Shown: positions 1 to 9,536, counted from the first letter of the stretch. The stretch is DNA of 64,000 nt from an uncultured virus (IMG/VR IMGVR_UViG_3300043777_000336) (IMGVR_UViG_3300043777_000336); one strand, 5' to 3'. The notes: a model not told the origin generated them from the sequence alone. Made by a program: numbers and translations.

Positions 1-2
1 CT

Positions 3-908
3 CCTCTCAACCTCCATTGGCGAACATTCAAAATCCTCCCCGCGACCGTCTCCGAAGACCGTGTCACGTTACCTCTCGTCGAAGAGGACAGCACTCCGCT
101 CAATCTCCACTGGAGAACGTTCCATGTCTCCTTTGAGACCGTATCCGAAGAGCGTGTTACGTTACCTCTCGTTGAAGAGGAGCCCGGTCAGGTGGCTCCT
201 CGACTCCACCGGCAACTTCTTCAGTCTCCGCAGAGCGAAGAGTGGATCCCTAAGCCAGTTCCTCCTCCACCTCCTCCGCCACCCCCAACACCGGCCAAGC
301 CGCAAGCGGGCGGAGCGGCGACTGGATTCAACTTTGGCAACTGGTGGCGATGGAAAGCTGAAGAAGCCTGGAAGCACCCGTTCAGTCCACCGGACTACGA
401 TAAGCTCAAAAAGCAGGTCGATGAAACTGACGATTATGCGGAAGAGCCGAAAGACGAGCCCGCGTTCGAACCGGCCTACTACGTTGTCGAAAAGCCGGTT
501 TATGTCGCTGTCGAGACCAAGGGCCGAGAGACATTCACGGTCATCGAAGTTCCGGCCGAACCGTCCGCAGAGCCCATTGTCGAGTACGCGCCTTTTCCTC
601 TACCTCTGGATGCTACGACGCCGGTTCTCAACGAAGAGCAGCGACATGCGATCCTCGAAGCGAGCGACGCATTCTTGGGAATGGTGAGAGACGAGCTCAG
701 CGCTCCGCTACCGGTCCCAACAGCACCGAAGATCCCGCTTTGGGTATGGGTCGCTGGAGGCGCGCTCGTCATGGCGGCCGGAATTGCGATCGGTGTGGCT
801 CTTTCGCAACCGAAGCCAGACGTGCGCAGGCTCCCGAAGGCAAACCCAGTGAGACGGAAGCGCCCGACAAAGAAGTTTCGGAAACCGGTGAAAAAACGGA
901 AGCGCTGA
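3..908 (+). CDS. Partial (5'-truncated) Pro-rich protein with 31-aa tandem repeat, C-terminal TM helix and basic ANP-containing tail
   Basis: Frame is open from position 3: PLNLHWRTFKILPATVSEDRVTLPLVEEDST / PLNLHWRTFHVSFETVSEERVTLPLVEEE; TM LWVWVAGGALVMAAGIAIGVAL; tail PKANPVRRKRPTKKFRKPVKKRKR. Confidence 0.7.
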   Translation, partial: PLNLHWRTFKILPATVSEDRVTLPLVEEDSTPLNLHWRTFHVSFETVSEERVTLPLVEEEPGQVAPRLHRQLLQSPQSEEWIPKPVPPPPPPPPPTPAKPQAGGAATGFNFGNWWRWKAEEAWKHPFSPPDYDKLKKQVDETDDYAEEPKDEPAFEPAYYVVEKPVYVAVETKGRETFTVIEVPAEPSAEPIVEYAPFPLPLDATTPVLNEEQRHAILEASDAFLGMVRDELSAPLPVPTAPKIPLWVWVAGGALVMAAGIAIGVALSQPKPDVRRLPKANPVRRKRPTKKFRKPVKKRKR

Positions 909-970
909 GGTACGCTCACGGCGGGATGACTGCTTCGACATCACCACGCTCAGGGCATCAGGTCGGCATC

Positions 971-1162
971 ATGGCCGACTCGCTCTACAAAAAAGCGGCT
1001 GAGCGCGACGCCAGGGACCGCGGCAAGCGCGAACGCATCTGCGTCGGGTGTGTCGAAGACGACGACAAAGTTCTTGGCGGCATCTGGAGTGAGCTCGAGT
1101 GCATGCGGTGCCATGCCAAACCGTGCGTAGGAGCTATTGTCGTCGTCGACGAGAGAGGATAG
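971..1162 (+). CDS. Small Zn-finger-like protein
   Basis: CVGC...CMRC...C motifs; ATG at 971. Confidence 0.5.
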   Translation: MADSLYKKAAERDARDRGKRERICVGCVEDDDKVLGGIWSELECMRCHAKPCVGAIVVVDERG

Positions 1163-1171
1163 TCTTCGCTC

Positions 1172-1519
1172 ATGGCTCGACGACGCTACCATCGCCGCAA
1201 TCCGACTCAGATGATGCAACTCTCGACCGTGGATACCGTCGTCTTGGGCGGCGTCATGTTGGGCATCATCGGTGCCGTGGTTCTCGTCGCTGCGAATGCC
1301 TCGGCATCGACGAGTGCTCCTACGTCTGCACCTACGCCGGGCGGTGGCGGAGGTGGTAGTGCGACCGCACCTGCGCCTGCACCCCCTGGCTCGACGGCAC
1401 CTGTACCGTCGGCAACAGGACCAGCGAATCAGACGGTCCAGTACGCGCCAGGACAGTGGGCGACCTACGACAGCAATGGTAACCTCGTCGGCAACACGAA
1501 CTTTCCGCCCGGCGGATGA
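1172..1519 (+). CDS. NP-leader single-TM protein
   Basis: MARRRYHRRNP-TQMMQLSTVD-TM, then S/T/P/G-rich tail; TAGTCT 6 nt before ATG. Confidence 0.8.
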   Translation: MARRRYHRRNPTQMMQLSTVDTVVLGGVMLGIIGAVVLVAANASASTSAPTSAPTPGGGGGGSATAPAPAPPGSTAPVPSATGPANQTVQYAPGQWATYDSNGNLVGNTNFPPGG

Positions 1520-1905
1520 CCCCCGGTACGGTCCGGTTCGAGAACGGCGCGACCGTGCGCGTCGACATCGTGAGCGAGCCGACCGAAATGGCGTACGGGC
1601 TCATGGACCGGACTTCGCTGCCCGAAAACGCTGGGATGCTCTTCTGGTTTGGGTCACGTGAAGATCACGTCTTCTGGATGCGCCGTACGCGGATACCACT
1701 TGATCTCGTCTTCGTGGATCGTGACCTTCGCGCAGCCCGGGGACCGCTCTTTGGAGTCGTCGTAGGTGTCCTCACCCTCGAGCCCCTTGATGAGCGACAG
1801 CACTCGATAAAACGGCCTTCGACGTGCGTGCTTGAGGTCAACGGCGGCTGGACGGCCCGACACGGGGTCGCTGTAGGGCAGAAGGTGACCGTTTCCGCGG
1901 ACTAG
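1516..1905 (+). CDS. DUF192 family protein
   Basis: GLMDRTSLPENAGMLF, FWMRRTRIPLDLVFVD, VLEVNGG motifs. Confidence 0.85.
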   Translation: MTPGTVRFENGATVRVDIVSEPTEMAYGLMDRTSLPENAGMLFWFGSREDHVFWMRRTRIPLDLVFVDRDLRAARGPLFGVVVGVLTLEPLDERQHSIKRPSTCVLEVNGGWTARHGVAVGQKVTVSAD

Positions 1906-1969
1906 GGTAGTCTCCTAAGCACGGCCGCGAGAGCGGTCAACCCTCTGTTTTCGACCCCAGGAGAGACCC

Positions 1970-2284
1970 ATGAGAAGGCCGACCGTCAAGAGCGCAGCGT
2001 ATTACCGCGCCAATCCTTTGAGCACTGTCGAGATGGTGGCTGGAGGGCTCGTTGGAGCTGCCATCCTCGGAATTGGTGGCTACCTGCTCTATCAGCACTA
2101 CAACGCGCCAGCTACGACCGCTACGACGGCTCAGCAGCTTGCGCAGCCAGGCCAGTTCGGCAGCGCTAACCCGGCTCCGTACGGCTACGACGCGAACGGC
2201 AACCCGTACCCGTCGCAGAATGCCGCTGACGCCGCGAACCTCACGGGCATCTACACGGTGCCTCCGATGCCCGCGGGCGGTTGA
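1970..2284 (+). CDS. NP-leader single-TM protein
   Basis: YYRANP-LSTVE-MVAGGLVGAAILGIGGYLLY; AGGAG RBS. Confidence 0.8.
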   Translation: MRRPTVKSAAYYRANPLSTVEMVAGGLVGAAILGIGGYLLYQHYNAPATTATTAQQLAQPGQFGSANPAPYGYDANGNPYPSQNAADAANLTGIYTVPPMPAGG

Positions 2285-2315
2285 TTCGCTCACGTCGACG
2301 TGAAGCTGAATCGAC

Positions 2316-2651
2316 ATGGACCCGAACGCAGCTTGGGAGCGTTGGATCATCGCCGTCGCCGACGGTGATCTGCCGGAGGCGCGCGATGCGCACACCGATC
2401 TCACGAGTTGGCTTCGCAGCGGAGGGTTCGAGCCAGATTGGACGCCGCGGGAACGTGCGCAGTTCATGGCATGGCGTGGAGGGCGACGGCTCCCACGCGC
2501 GCCACTGCCCTTGGGTCCGGATGGCGAAGAACCCGCTCGACGGAGAGGGCTGGTTTCGCATTGCGGTAGGAGTCGTGGCCGTTGTCGCGGTTGGAGCAGC
2601 GCTTTGGAGCAAATCGCAAACCGGTTGAGGTCGGGAGGAGAACTTCGATGA
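2316..2651 (+). CDS. Small phage protein (MDPxA...WLxxGGFxP type), overlapping an NP-TM ORF in another frame
   Basis: MDPNAAW...LTSWLRSGGFEPDW resembles 20216..20404 MDPDANL...LNKWLHNGGFLPEAW. Confidence 0.6.
   Translation: MDPNAAWERWIIAVADGDLPEARDAHTDLTSWLRSGGFEPDWTPRERAQFMAWRGGRRLPRAPLPLGPDGEEPARRRGLVSHCGRSRGRCRGWSSALEQIANRLRSGGELR
2521..2628 (+). CDS. Minimal NP-leader TM peptide (35 aa)
   Basis: MAKNPLDGEGWFRIAVGVVAVVAVGAALWSKSQTG. Confidence 0.55.
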   Translation: MAKNPLDGEGWFRIAVGVVAVVAVGAALWSKSQTG

Positions 2652-2914
2652 AAAAGAAGAGGAGCACTGGGTTGGTCATTCACATCGAGCCGGACGCGTA
2701 CGTCGTTTGTACGAAAGGCGGTCGGAAGATCAAAAAGTGTCGGACCATGGAGTCGGCGAAGCGATTCGCCGCCAGTCACATGGAAAAGACCGGGGGTCGT
2801 AGCCTCAGCGTGAAAGGTGCTCGATTCCGGTACGTGCCGGCGGCGAAAGTGCAGGCACGAGCGACGAAGAAGAGGCCGGCGAAGCGGCGCGCGAAGAGGC
2901 GTGGGCGTCGGTAG
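2648..2914 (+). CDS. Highly basic small protein (possible nucleic-acid condensing protein)
   Basis: GGAGG RBS; K/R-rich, ends ATKKRPAKRRAKRRGRR. Confidence 0.65.
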   Translation: MKKKRSTGLVIHIEPDAYVVCTKGGRKIKKCRTMESAKRFAASHMEKTGGRSLSVKGARFRYVPAAKVQARATKKRPAKRRAKRRGRR

Positions 2915-2916
2915 TC

Positions 2917-3276
2917 GTGACCAGGAGGAATCCATACGTCGACGCGCCCAGTGAGGCACTCATCAACCGAGCTCGAAGGATGTTGGGAGCGGGCGCTTCG
3001 GTTCAAGATGTCCACGACGCCTTTGCCGAAGACGGCGTGCCCGAGGAGCAGATCTACCTCGCGATTCAGGCAGCGGAGCAGCTATTGCGCAATCCCATCG
3101 ACGATATTACCGCTCTGGAGCTCATCGTCGGCGGTATTGCAGCGGTCGTATTGACCGGGTTCGGCGGCTACCTCGTCTACACGGCTCTGAATCCGCCGGG
3201 GAGTACTCCTCAGGACACGGCAACGACGCTCGGGGAGGCTTCGTCTTTGGCCACGCTTACGGCGGTGGTGATGTGA
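2917..3276 (+). CDS. NP-leader TM protein with a helical cargo between two NP motifs
   Basis: MTRRNP...~50 aa...LLRNP-IDDITALE-TM ending GYLVY. Confidence 0.8.
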   Translation: MTRRNPYVDAPSEALINRARRMLGAGASVQDVHDAFAEDGVPEEQIYLAIQAAEQLLRNPIDDITALELIVGGIAAVVLTGFGGYLVYTALNPPGSTPQDTATTLGEASSLATLTAVVM

Positions 3277-3304
3277 TGAACCACGCCCTCGCGATGGAGA
3301 GCCA

Positions 3305-3808
3305 ATGAACCTCAGCAATATTCGTCGCGGCTACGGCGAACGAGAACGTCTCGCGATGGCCGGGATGCTTCGACGAGCCGGCTATCCGGAGCCAGGACTG
3401 ACCGCCAAACAACTTCAGCAAGAGGGAATGGATCCGAACGAACTTGCTTGGCGTCTTCGAACCGGACAAACGATCGATCCTAGCGGCGGCGGACCCATGT
3501 GCCGTAATCCTCTCGGTCTCTCGGGTACCGATCTCGTTCTCATCGCAGGAGGTGTCGCTGCGTTCGGCTTCGTAGGGTTTCTCATCTGGAACCAGATGCA
3601 GGTCAACCAAGAGCAGGCGACGGCCGCCGCGAACGGGTATCCCGGACCCGTCATCCAGCCCGCTTCCGCCGCACTCAATCAGTCCGGCGTTCTCGCGTCG
3701 AGTCAAGTCCTCCTCGGTGCGTCGAACATCCTGCCGCCCCCGGGGACGCCCGTAGTGCCACCCGTCTACGTCCCTGGTGCTCCTCCGCTTCTGGTGGCGC
3801 CCACATGA
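3305..3808 (+). CDS. Cargo-fused NP-TM protein
   Basis: ...GGGPMCRNP-LGLSGTD-TM ending GFLIW. Confidence 0.8.
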   Translation: MNLSNIRRGYGERERLAMAGMLRRAGYPEPGLTAKQLQQEGMDPNELAWRLRTGQTIDPSGGGPMCRNPLGLSGTDLVLIAGGVAAFGFVGFLIWNQMQVNQEQATAAANGYPGPVIQPASAALNQSGVLASSQVLLGASNILPPPGTPVVPPVYVPGAPPLLVAPT

Positions 3809-4215
3809 AAGAGCCTGTCTTCATCTCGGTCCGTCCCGGTGGACGCACGGTGCGCTATGAAAAGATTGGCCGGCGCTGGGAAGTCATGCGTAGTAATCCA
3901 ATCGAGGTCACGGGCATGGACTTGTTACTGATTGCGGGCGGTGTCGTTGCGCTCGGAGTTGTCGGATATTTCATCTGGACTGCCACGCAGAATTTGCAGC
4001 CTACGGTAAACGCGTCGGGCGGCGAAGGAAACGCACCTGAAGCTACCGATAGCTCGCAGGGACAATTCATCAACGTCAACGGTCAGCCTTTAGGGCCGTC
4101 CGCGAGCACTTCAGGAATTGATTTTTCTCAGCTGCAACCGGTAGCGCCAACTGCGCCAGCTCTCAGTCCTCTACTATCCAGAGGACCCCCTCCTCCGCTA
4201 CCAGCAGGATTTTGA
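3805..4215 (+). CDS. Cargo-fused NP-TM protein
   Basis: ...EVMRSNP-IEVTGMD-TM ending GYFIW. Confidence 0.8.
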   Translation: MKEPVFISVRPGGRTVRYEKIGRRWEVMRSNPIEVTGMDLLLIAGGVVALGVVGYFIWTATQNLQPTVNASGGEGNAPEATDSSQGQFINVNGQPLGPSASTSGIDFSQLQPVAPTAPALSPLLSRGPPPPLPAGF

Positions 4216-4688
4216 TGAAGACTGAAGCGCAAATACGACGATGGGAGCGAAACCCGCTCCCGCTCGGACTTACCCCCGTCGAGCTCGGACTGATTGCGGC
4301 AGGCGTCGGCGTCGCGGGCTATATCGCCTACCTGTTCTATAGTGCGTCACAAGCCGCATCCGTGCCCTCGAGTCCCACCATCAGCGTTGCCGCTGGAGAA
4401 CCGGGTACGGTTCAGGCCCCCACCTGGACCGGTGCCATCCTCGGCTCTGGTTATTTCTGGGGCGATCAGGGTAACGTGCAGCCACCCGCGCTGCTCGGCA
4501 CGGTCAAAGCTCTCGCGATGACCTCGTACGGCCTCGCGTCGACGATCACCGGCACGGTCTACATCCCCCTATCGCCGGCCGGCAATGTTTCGTTCTTCGT
4601 GACCGGACAGACGCCCGAGGATCCAAATAGCGGTGTCTCGTACGGACAGGCCATCACGCTACCTCTTTCGTATGTGAGCGCGGCGTAG
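4215..4688 (+). CDS. NP-leader TM protein with beta-rich C-terminal domain
   Basis: RRWERNP-LPLGLTPVE-TM ending GYIAYLFY. Confidence 0.8.
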   Translation: MKTEAQIRRWERNPLPLGLTPVELGLIAAGVGVAGYIAYLFYSASQAASVPSSPTISVAAGEPGTVQAPTWTGAILGSGYFWGDQGNVQPPALLGTVKALAMTSYGLASTITGTVYIPLSPAGNVSFFVTGQTPEDPNSGVSYGQAITLPLSYVSAA

Positions 4689-4696
4689 GAGCGAGC

Positions 4697-5593
4697 ATGA
4701 AAGTTATCCAAGACGATTTGTGGCTTTGCCAAGACTGCACCATCTACTCGGTCAATGGGGATACGTCTGGTATCGACTCCGAGGAGCGCGAGAAGGAAGT
4801 CGTCGAAGGTGTCAATGCGCTCGGGCCGCATCTCGTACCGGACTTCGACTCCGAGACGAACGAAGGTATCGAAGAGTTCTCGCGGCGACAGTGCGACGCA
4901 TGCGGTACGCGCCTCGGCGGTTCACGGGACCGGTTTGCGATCCTGGGTGAAGAGAGTCCCGAGGACGATCATCAGCGACACCGTATCGGGGCTCGACGGC
5001 CGCGAAAGTCACGGGAAAATGTGAAAGTCATGAGCGCAGAGAATCCTATTTCCGATCTGTCATGGGGGGAGATTGCGCTTATCACCGCTGGTGTTGGCGT
5101 CCTGGGGTACATCGTTTATTCCCTCTGGAATGCGACCGACTCGTCCGGAGCGGATGCGGCTCAGGCTTGGCAGGAGTCGCAGGCCACAGGTGCATCGGGT
5201 TTGCCGCAGGGTGTTGGGCAGTTCCAACAGATTGCCGGAGGGACTGCTCCCGTAGGAGGGACGGACTGGGCTACACAACAAACTTACGGGCCAGGGAATC
5301 CTGTCACAGTCGAGACGATTTCAGCATCAGACAGTCGCGTTTGCGGAAACGGAGGAACGACAGGATATTGTGATCAAGATCAGGGCAATACGACCGTTCC
5401 GTCTGTCGGCGATACCGTTGCTATCATTCTCCAAAATGAAGCCACAGGAAATACGTATCCGTTCCATGGTACCGTGCAATCGACAGACGGACAGACAGTC
5501 ACGTTCGTAGATTCGCAGGGCATCGGTTGGAATTATCCTCTTTCTTTCGTTCTGTCGGGTCCTGCCCTTGTCGCAGCGTACGTTGGTCTATGA
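4697..5593 (+). CDS. NP-TM protein with Zn-finger cargo and C-terminal domain
   Basis: CQDC...CDAC cargo; MSAENP-ISDLSWGE-TM ending GYIVYSLW. Confidence 0.8.
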   Translation: MKVIQDDLWLCQDCTIYSVNGDTSGIDSEEREKEVVEGVNALGPHLVPDFDSETNEGIEEFSRRQCDACGTRLGGSRDRFAILGEESPEDDHQRHRIGARRPRKSRENVKVMSAENPISDLSWGEIALITAGVGVLGYIVYSLWNATDSSGADAAQAWQESQATGASGLPQGVGQFQQIAGGTAPVGGTDWATQQTYGPGNPVTVETISASDSRVCGNGGTTGYCDQDQGNTTVPSVGDTVAIILQNEATGNTYPFHGTVQSTDGQTVTFVDSQGIGWNYPLSFVLSGPALVAAYVGL

Positions 5594-5799
5594 AAACCGA
5601 CGCGCAAATCCTTCGCGGACAGATCCCTTGCTGCAAATGTGGCAAGGCGATTGCTGAGAACGCGGCGCGCATGATCTTGTACGCCTCGCCTCTGATTTTT
5701 TCGGCCGCCTGCATTCCGTGCGCTCAGAACGAAGCCGGGCTGAATCATGAGCTCGTGAAATTGCCGGTTCCGAGGCCAGGAACGATTCTGAGGCCGTGA
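5590..5799 (+). CDS. Small Zn-finger protein
   Basis: CCKC...CIPC; ATGA coupling. Confidence 0.55.
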   Translation: MKTDAQILRGQIPCCKCGKAIAENAARMILYASPLIFSAACIPCAQNEAGLNHELVKLPVPRPGTILRP

Positions 5800-6113
5800 T
5801 GCGCTCTCGCCGAAACCCCGACAGCATCCTCTCGCAAATCGCGGTCAACACGACCCAGGACATCGTCCTGGCCGCGCTCGGTGTCGCGATCGTCGGCGGT
5901 GTCATCTACCTCGTTTACAAGAAGTCGACGGATGCCGGTACGTCGGTTGGCGAAGCTCTTGCGACCGAGGCGTCTTTTTGGTCGAGCACGCTCTTCCCAG
6001 GGCAGGGCGCGCAAGTCGAGCAGACTACGCCCTACGGCACGCTCGCTGAACAAGGTCCCGGCGCTTCCGTCCAGGGTGGTGCAGCTGTCACGGAAGGAGG
6101 CGGGTCGTCGTGA
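5796..6113 (+). CDS. NP-leader single-TM protein
   Basis: MRSRRNP-DSILSQIAVNTTQD-TM; close paralog of 6334..6639. Confidence 0.8.
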   Translation: MMRSRRNPDSILSQIAVNTTQDIVLAALGVAIVGGVIYLVYKKSTDAGTSVGEALATEASFWSSTLFPGQGAQVEQTTPYGTLAEQGPGASVQGGAAVTEGGGSS

Positions 6114-6337
6114 GTCCGCTCGGACAGGCCATTTTGGATCAGTGCGCCGTGCTTGCGGCGCTCAAGCCCTATTGCGACGAAGCGCCGACCGCCGCGGACG
6201 CGAAGCAGGAGGAGATCTCTGACGAAGACCTCACCGAGTGGCAAGCCCGCGCCAAGGTCGCGCGCCCTGCGTGGAAACGTGCGCTCGCGCGGCTCATGGA
6301 CATGTTGGACGGATACTCGGGGGAACCCACCCCATGA
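6110..6337 (+). CDS. Hypothetical protein
   Basis: GTGA/ATGA-coupled ORF between two NP genes. Confidence 0.55.
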   Translation: MSPLGQAILDQCAVLAALKPYCDEAPTAADAKQEEISDEDLTEWQARAKVARPAWKRALARLMDMLDGYSGEPTP

Positions 6338-6639
6338 AGCGCAAGCGTAATCCAACGACTGTTCTTCAACAGGTCGAGGTGAATCTCATCCAAGATGCCG
6401 TGCTTATCACGGCCGGCGTCGTGATCGTGGGCGTCGTCGGCTACCTCATCTACCAGAAGCTTCAGAGTGCAGTGCCTACCGTCCGAAATACTCTGCCTCT
6501 CCTGTTGTCAACGACTCCGGGCGTGGACCCGCTACCGCCTATCGACATGCCGGGTCGAGGAAGCGAGACCGTGCCCTTCACCAGCGACGCGAGCGGGACC
6601 ACCAGCGGGCCCGACAACACTCTCGTCGCGATCGGTTGA
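6334..6639 (+). CDS. NP-leader single-TM protein
   Basis: MKRKRNP-TTVLQQVEVNLIQD-TM ending GYLIY. Confidence 0.8.
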   Translation: MKRKRNPTTVLQQVEVNLIQDAVLITAGVVIVGVVGYLIYQKLQSAVPTVRNTLPLLLSTTPGVDPLPPIDMPGRGSETVPFTSDASGTTSGPDNTLVAIG

Positions 6640-6876
6640 AGTGCATCACGAAAGGCCGCACCCGAACTGGCCCATGACTTTGCACGTGCACCCCGACGGC
6701 TCGGTCATTGCCACCGCGAGGCTCTCCGATGGCCGGGTCATGCGTGTTGTTGGTCTACGTGCCAGTGCTCGAGAGAGCAGCGTCTCCGCAATCCGAGAAG
6801 CGCAGGAAGCGCGACGAAAGCACGAGCCGTGCGACGAGCTCTACAAGACGATCTTTCTGTTAGGATGGAGACCGTG

Positions 6877-7353
6877 ATGGAGAAAGACTTTGCGTTTCCG
6901 CAGTACGCCGTTCGAGGGTTGGGGCAGCCGTCGGATACTCAGCAGCCGCCCCCGGGAGGACACATCGCGGCGGCTCCTCCGTCCAAGAAGCCGCAGAAGC
7001 CCGCTACGCCTCCCGCGCACCAACCTGCCACGCCTCCCGCTGTGCACAAAGTGCCCGAGTCGTCTGCGCCCGAGCTAAGCAGCCACGGCTTCTGGTACGC
7101 GAAGTCAAAAAACCCTCCTTCCGGTTCGCCTCAGCACGGAGGTACTGGCGTATGGATTCAGCCGGAGGGTCACACGGGCTATTGGGTTTGGTATCCGAAA
7201 GAGAACCAGGCCACCAACATCGCGGCTCCGGGTCACCTGGCCATGACTTCCAACATAAAACCGAAGCCCATCGGCGGAAAAGACTGGAAAAAGCTCTTCT
7301 CAGGACCTGATTACTGGGTCTTGGAAGGTGAGACATATCCTCTTACGAAATGA
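6877..7353 (+). CDS. RGLGQ-leader Pro-rich protein with WVWYP domain
   Basis: YAVRGLGQ; GVWIQPEGHTGYWVWYP. Confidence 0.7.
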   Translation: MEKDFAFPQYAVRGLGQPSDTQQPPPGGHIAAAPPSKKPQKPATPPAHQPATPPAVHKVPESSAPELSSHGFWYAKSKNPPSGSPQHGGTGVWIQPEGHTGYWVWYPKENQATNIAAPGHLAMTSNIKPKPIGGKDWKKLFSGPDYWVLEGETYPLTK

Positions 7354-7363
7354 AGAGTCAGTT

Positions 7364-7564
7364 ATGCCCCAGCCCGTCAACCTCTCGGCCTGCGCTGTAC
7401 GCGAATACACCGCCGACGCAAAGCCTGCGGGCCGGTGCTGGTTTCATCTCGAAGGGAATCGCTGTCCTCGGCACGGGGACGTCTCAAAGGTCCAAGAGAA
7501 CTATCGCGCGACCGGACGATTGACGGACGAAATAGACCTGCCGAATTGGAAGAGAAATAAATGA
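7364..7564 (+). CDS. Small Cys/His protein
   Basis: C...CWFH...CPRHG; coupled to next ORF. Confidence 0.5.
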   Translation: MPQPVNLSACAVREYTADAKPAGRCWFHLEGNRCPRHGDVSKVQENYRATGRLTDEIDLPNWKRNK

Positions 7565-8094
7565 TCGGCTGTCAACACTGCGGCTCAACGAAGGGTTACG
7601 ATCGCACGTACGGACGTTGCTCGGATTGCGGAGAGCCCTATCAGGCGGGTACGACCGGCGCGCACTTCTTTACGAAGCGACCTCCCCCACCCGAGTTCTT
7701 CGAAAGGTTCAAGGGTCTTGGCAAGATTCCCGTTGTGCCTGTCATCGCCGGGACATGGCCGTGGGGAGACGTGTTCCCGTCGACGGTGCAGTTCAGCGAT
7801 GGACCTCTCACCGGTCGAACGTTCAACACAGCAACCTGGGCGTGGCCCCTCTACTCCGGAGTAGTCGCACAGTATCGAGAGGCCGTCGCTGCAAATGCAA
7901 TGCATCTCATGATCTACAGAAATGGAATGTACGAGGTCACTCACGTCGACGAAATTTCGCCGGACCTAGGCAATCCGATTCAGCATGCGATCGTAGACGC
8001 GCCTCTTGCGACGACGATCGCATGCGGCGTGCTAGGATTTGGAGTAGGACTTGTGACCGGGTTGTTCTTGTTTCGCTCGGGAGCCTCAGAATGA
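7561..8094 (+). CDS. Zn-ribbon + KGLGK + C-terminal TM protein
   Basis: CQHC...CSDC; FKGLGK; C-terminal IACGVLGFGVGLVTGLFLF. Confidence 0.65.
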   Translation: MIGCQHCGSTKGYDRTYGRCSDCGEPYQAGTTGAHFFTKRPPPPEFFERFKGLGKIPVVPVIAGTWPWGDVFPSTVQFSDGPLTGRTFNTATWAWPLYSGVVAQYREAVAANAMHLMIYRNGMYEVTHVDEISPDLGNPIQHAIVDAPLATTIACGVLGFGVGLVTGLFLFRSGASE

Positions 8095-8534
8095 ACCCGA
8101 ACCGTCCGCCGATTCAGCGCATCCAGCAGCTCATTGCGCTCGCGACGGACCCGGCCGCGAGCGAAGAAGAGGCGCGCACCGCGGCGCTCCAGGCCGCCCG
8201 CAGCATCCGACAGCACGGGTTGCAGCTGACGCCACAGGAAGCAGCTTGGGCGGCGGAGGATGGGCACTATGCTCCGGTCCAGCCTCAGCACCCATACGGC
8301 ACCGCCGTGACGCCTCAGAGCCGACAAATGGGCTCAGGAACGCCTCGGTTACCTTCCCCACACTCCACCGCGCTCGCGCGACCGTCATCCTGGCAAGCGG
8401 AGTCACAGCTGGGACGGCCCGGCGCGCCACGATTTCACGTCTTGAATTTGGACTTCAAAGACGAGGTCGCCGAGGCTCGTCCGAATTTCGCATTTCCTCA
8501 GGCGCTTCTGAACGCACTCAGGAGATCGACGTGA
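8091..8534 (+). CDS. DUF2786-like domain protein
   Basis: RIQQLIALATDPAASEEEARTAALQAARSIRQHGL pattern. Confidence 0.65.
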   Translation: MNPNRPPIQRIQQLIALATDPAASEEEARTAALQAARSIRQHGLQLTPQEAAWAAEDGHYAPVQPQHPYGTAVTPQSRQMGSGTPRLPSPHSTALARPSSWQAESQLGRPGAPRFHVLNLDFKDEVAEARPNFAFPQALLNALRRST

Positions 8535-8851
8535 GCGGACTGAAGCTCCCAAGCAATTGGGAAGAGAATATGCAGTACCTCGCCCAGGTGGGACACTTTC
8601 TCGGCGGCGCGCTCGTCGTCGTGGTCGCAGCGATGTTCTCGATCGTGCTAGGTGCCGGGTGGCTTCCCATCCTCGTCGTGCTCGGCATCGGTGTTGTCGC
8701 GGCGGCCGTGAAGGAGTTCTACCTTGACCGGCGCCCACCCGAGAGCGATTCGCTCGCGAACAGCGTCATGGACTTCGAGTTTTATATGCTCGGTGCTGCT
8801 GTTGCGGTGGGGCTCGTTGCGTTCGCGATGTTCCTGCTACACCGGTATTGA
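8531..8851 (+). CDS. 3-TM membrane protein (HFxGG...KE..D type), paralog of 9537..9962
   Basis: WEENMQYLAQVGHFLGG...KEFYLD...DSLANSVMDFEFYMLG. Confidence 0.75.
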   Translation: MSGLKLPSNWEENMQYLAQVGHFLGGALVVVVAAMFSIVLGAGWLPILVVLGIGVVAAAVKEFYLDRRPPESDSLANSVMDFEFYMLGAAVAVGLVAFAMFLLHRY

Positions 8852-9123
8852 TTCGAAGCGACTACCCGCCGTCCTGACCCGGAGGCTGTGGTTTCTCCAG
8901 AAAACGCGCGTGCAAAGGACGTTGCGAGCCGAGGCAGTGAATCGCTGCTGTCGCTGGTCGGCCGTTGCGTACGGCAGTTCCACCCGTGCCGCCCGTCGAC
9001 TTTTGGATCGCGTCTTGGACCTTTTGATTGAAAGCGATTTCCTGCGAGCGATGCCGGTGTCGGGTCCGCATGACGCTTAGTTTACACGTCTCCCAAGGGA
9101 GAGTCACCTTGCCTGCGAAGGCC

Positions 9124-9489
9124 CTAGAATGAGCTGAACGGCCGGGATTGCGTCGGTGGAGGTAGCGGCGCGACCTTCGGAGGCCCGGCGTCGGAGCTGA
9201 TGGCAAGAATCGCCGCGCGCCCCGTCCCCGCGTCGGGATGCTCGACGATGATGGCCTCGTGCGCGTTCTGGTGCTCGTCGATGTACTTCTGGAGCGCTTC
9301 GAGCTGTTCGTGCGTCGTGGCGACCGCTTGCTGATTCTGCACGATCGCCTTGTCGTGCTCCTCGTAGGCGGCCTTCGTGGTGTCCTTGCCCTTGAGCGCG
9401 GTCACGAAGGCCGCAGCTGCGAAGAGAATGCTTGCGACGGAGCCGAGAACTTGAGCCCATTCCTTGAGCTTGGTGCGATTGAGAGGCAT
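9124..9489 (-). CDS. TM + coiled-coil protein (possible lysis accessory)
   Basis: N-terminal TM then heptad-like stretch; TAGGGT 7 nt before ATG. Confidence 0.6.
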   Translation of the reverse strand: MPLNRTKLKEWAQVLGSVASILFAAAAFVTALKGKDTTKAAYEEHDKAIVQNQQAVATTHEQLEALQKYIDEHQNAHEAIIVEHPDAGTGRAAILAISSDAGPPKVAPLPPPTQSRPFSSF

Positions 9490-9536
9490 CGATCCCACCC
9501 TATCACCGTGACCGAAGACGAGGTAGGCTCGATCGC

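Noticed and set aside
9063..9090. dif-like site (GGTCCGCATGA resembles an XerC arm)
   Set aside because: No recognisable XerD arm after the 6-bp spacer.
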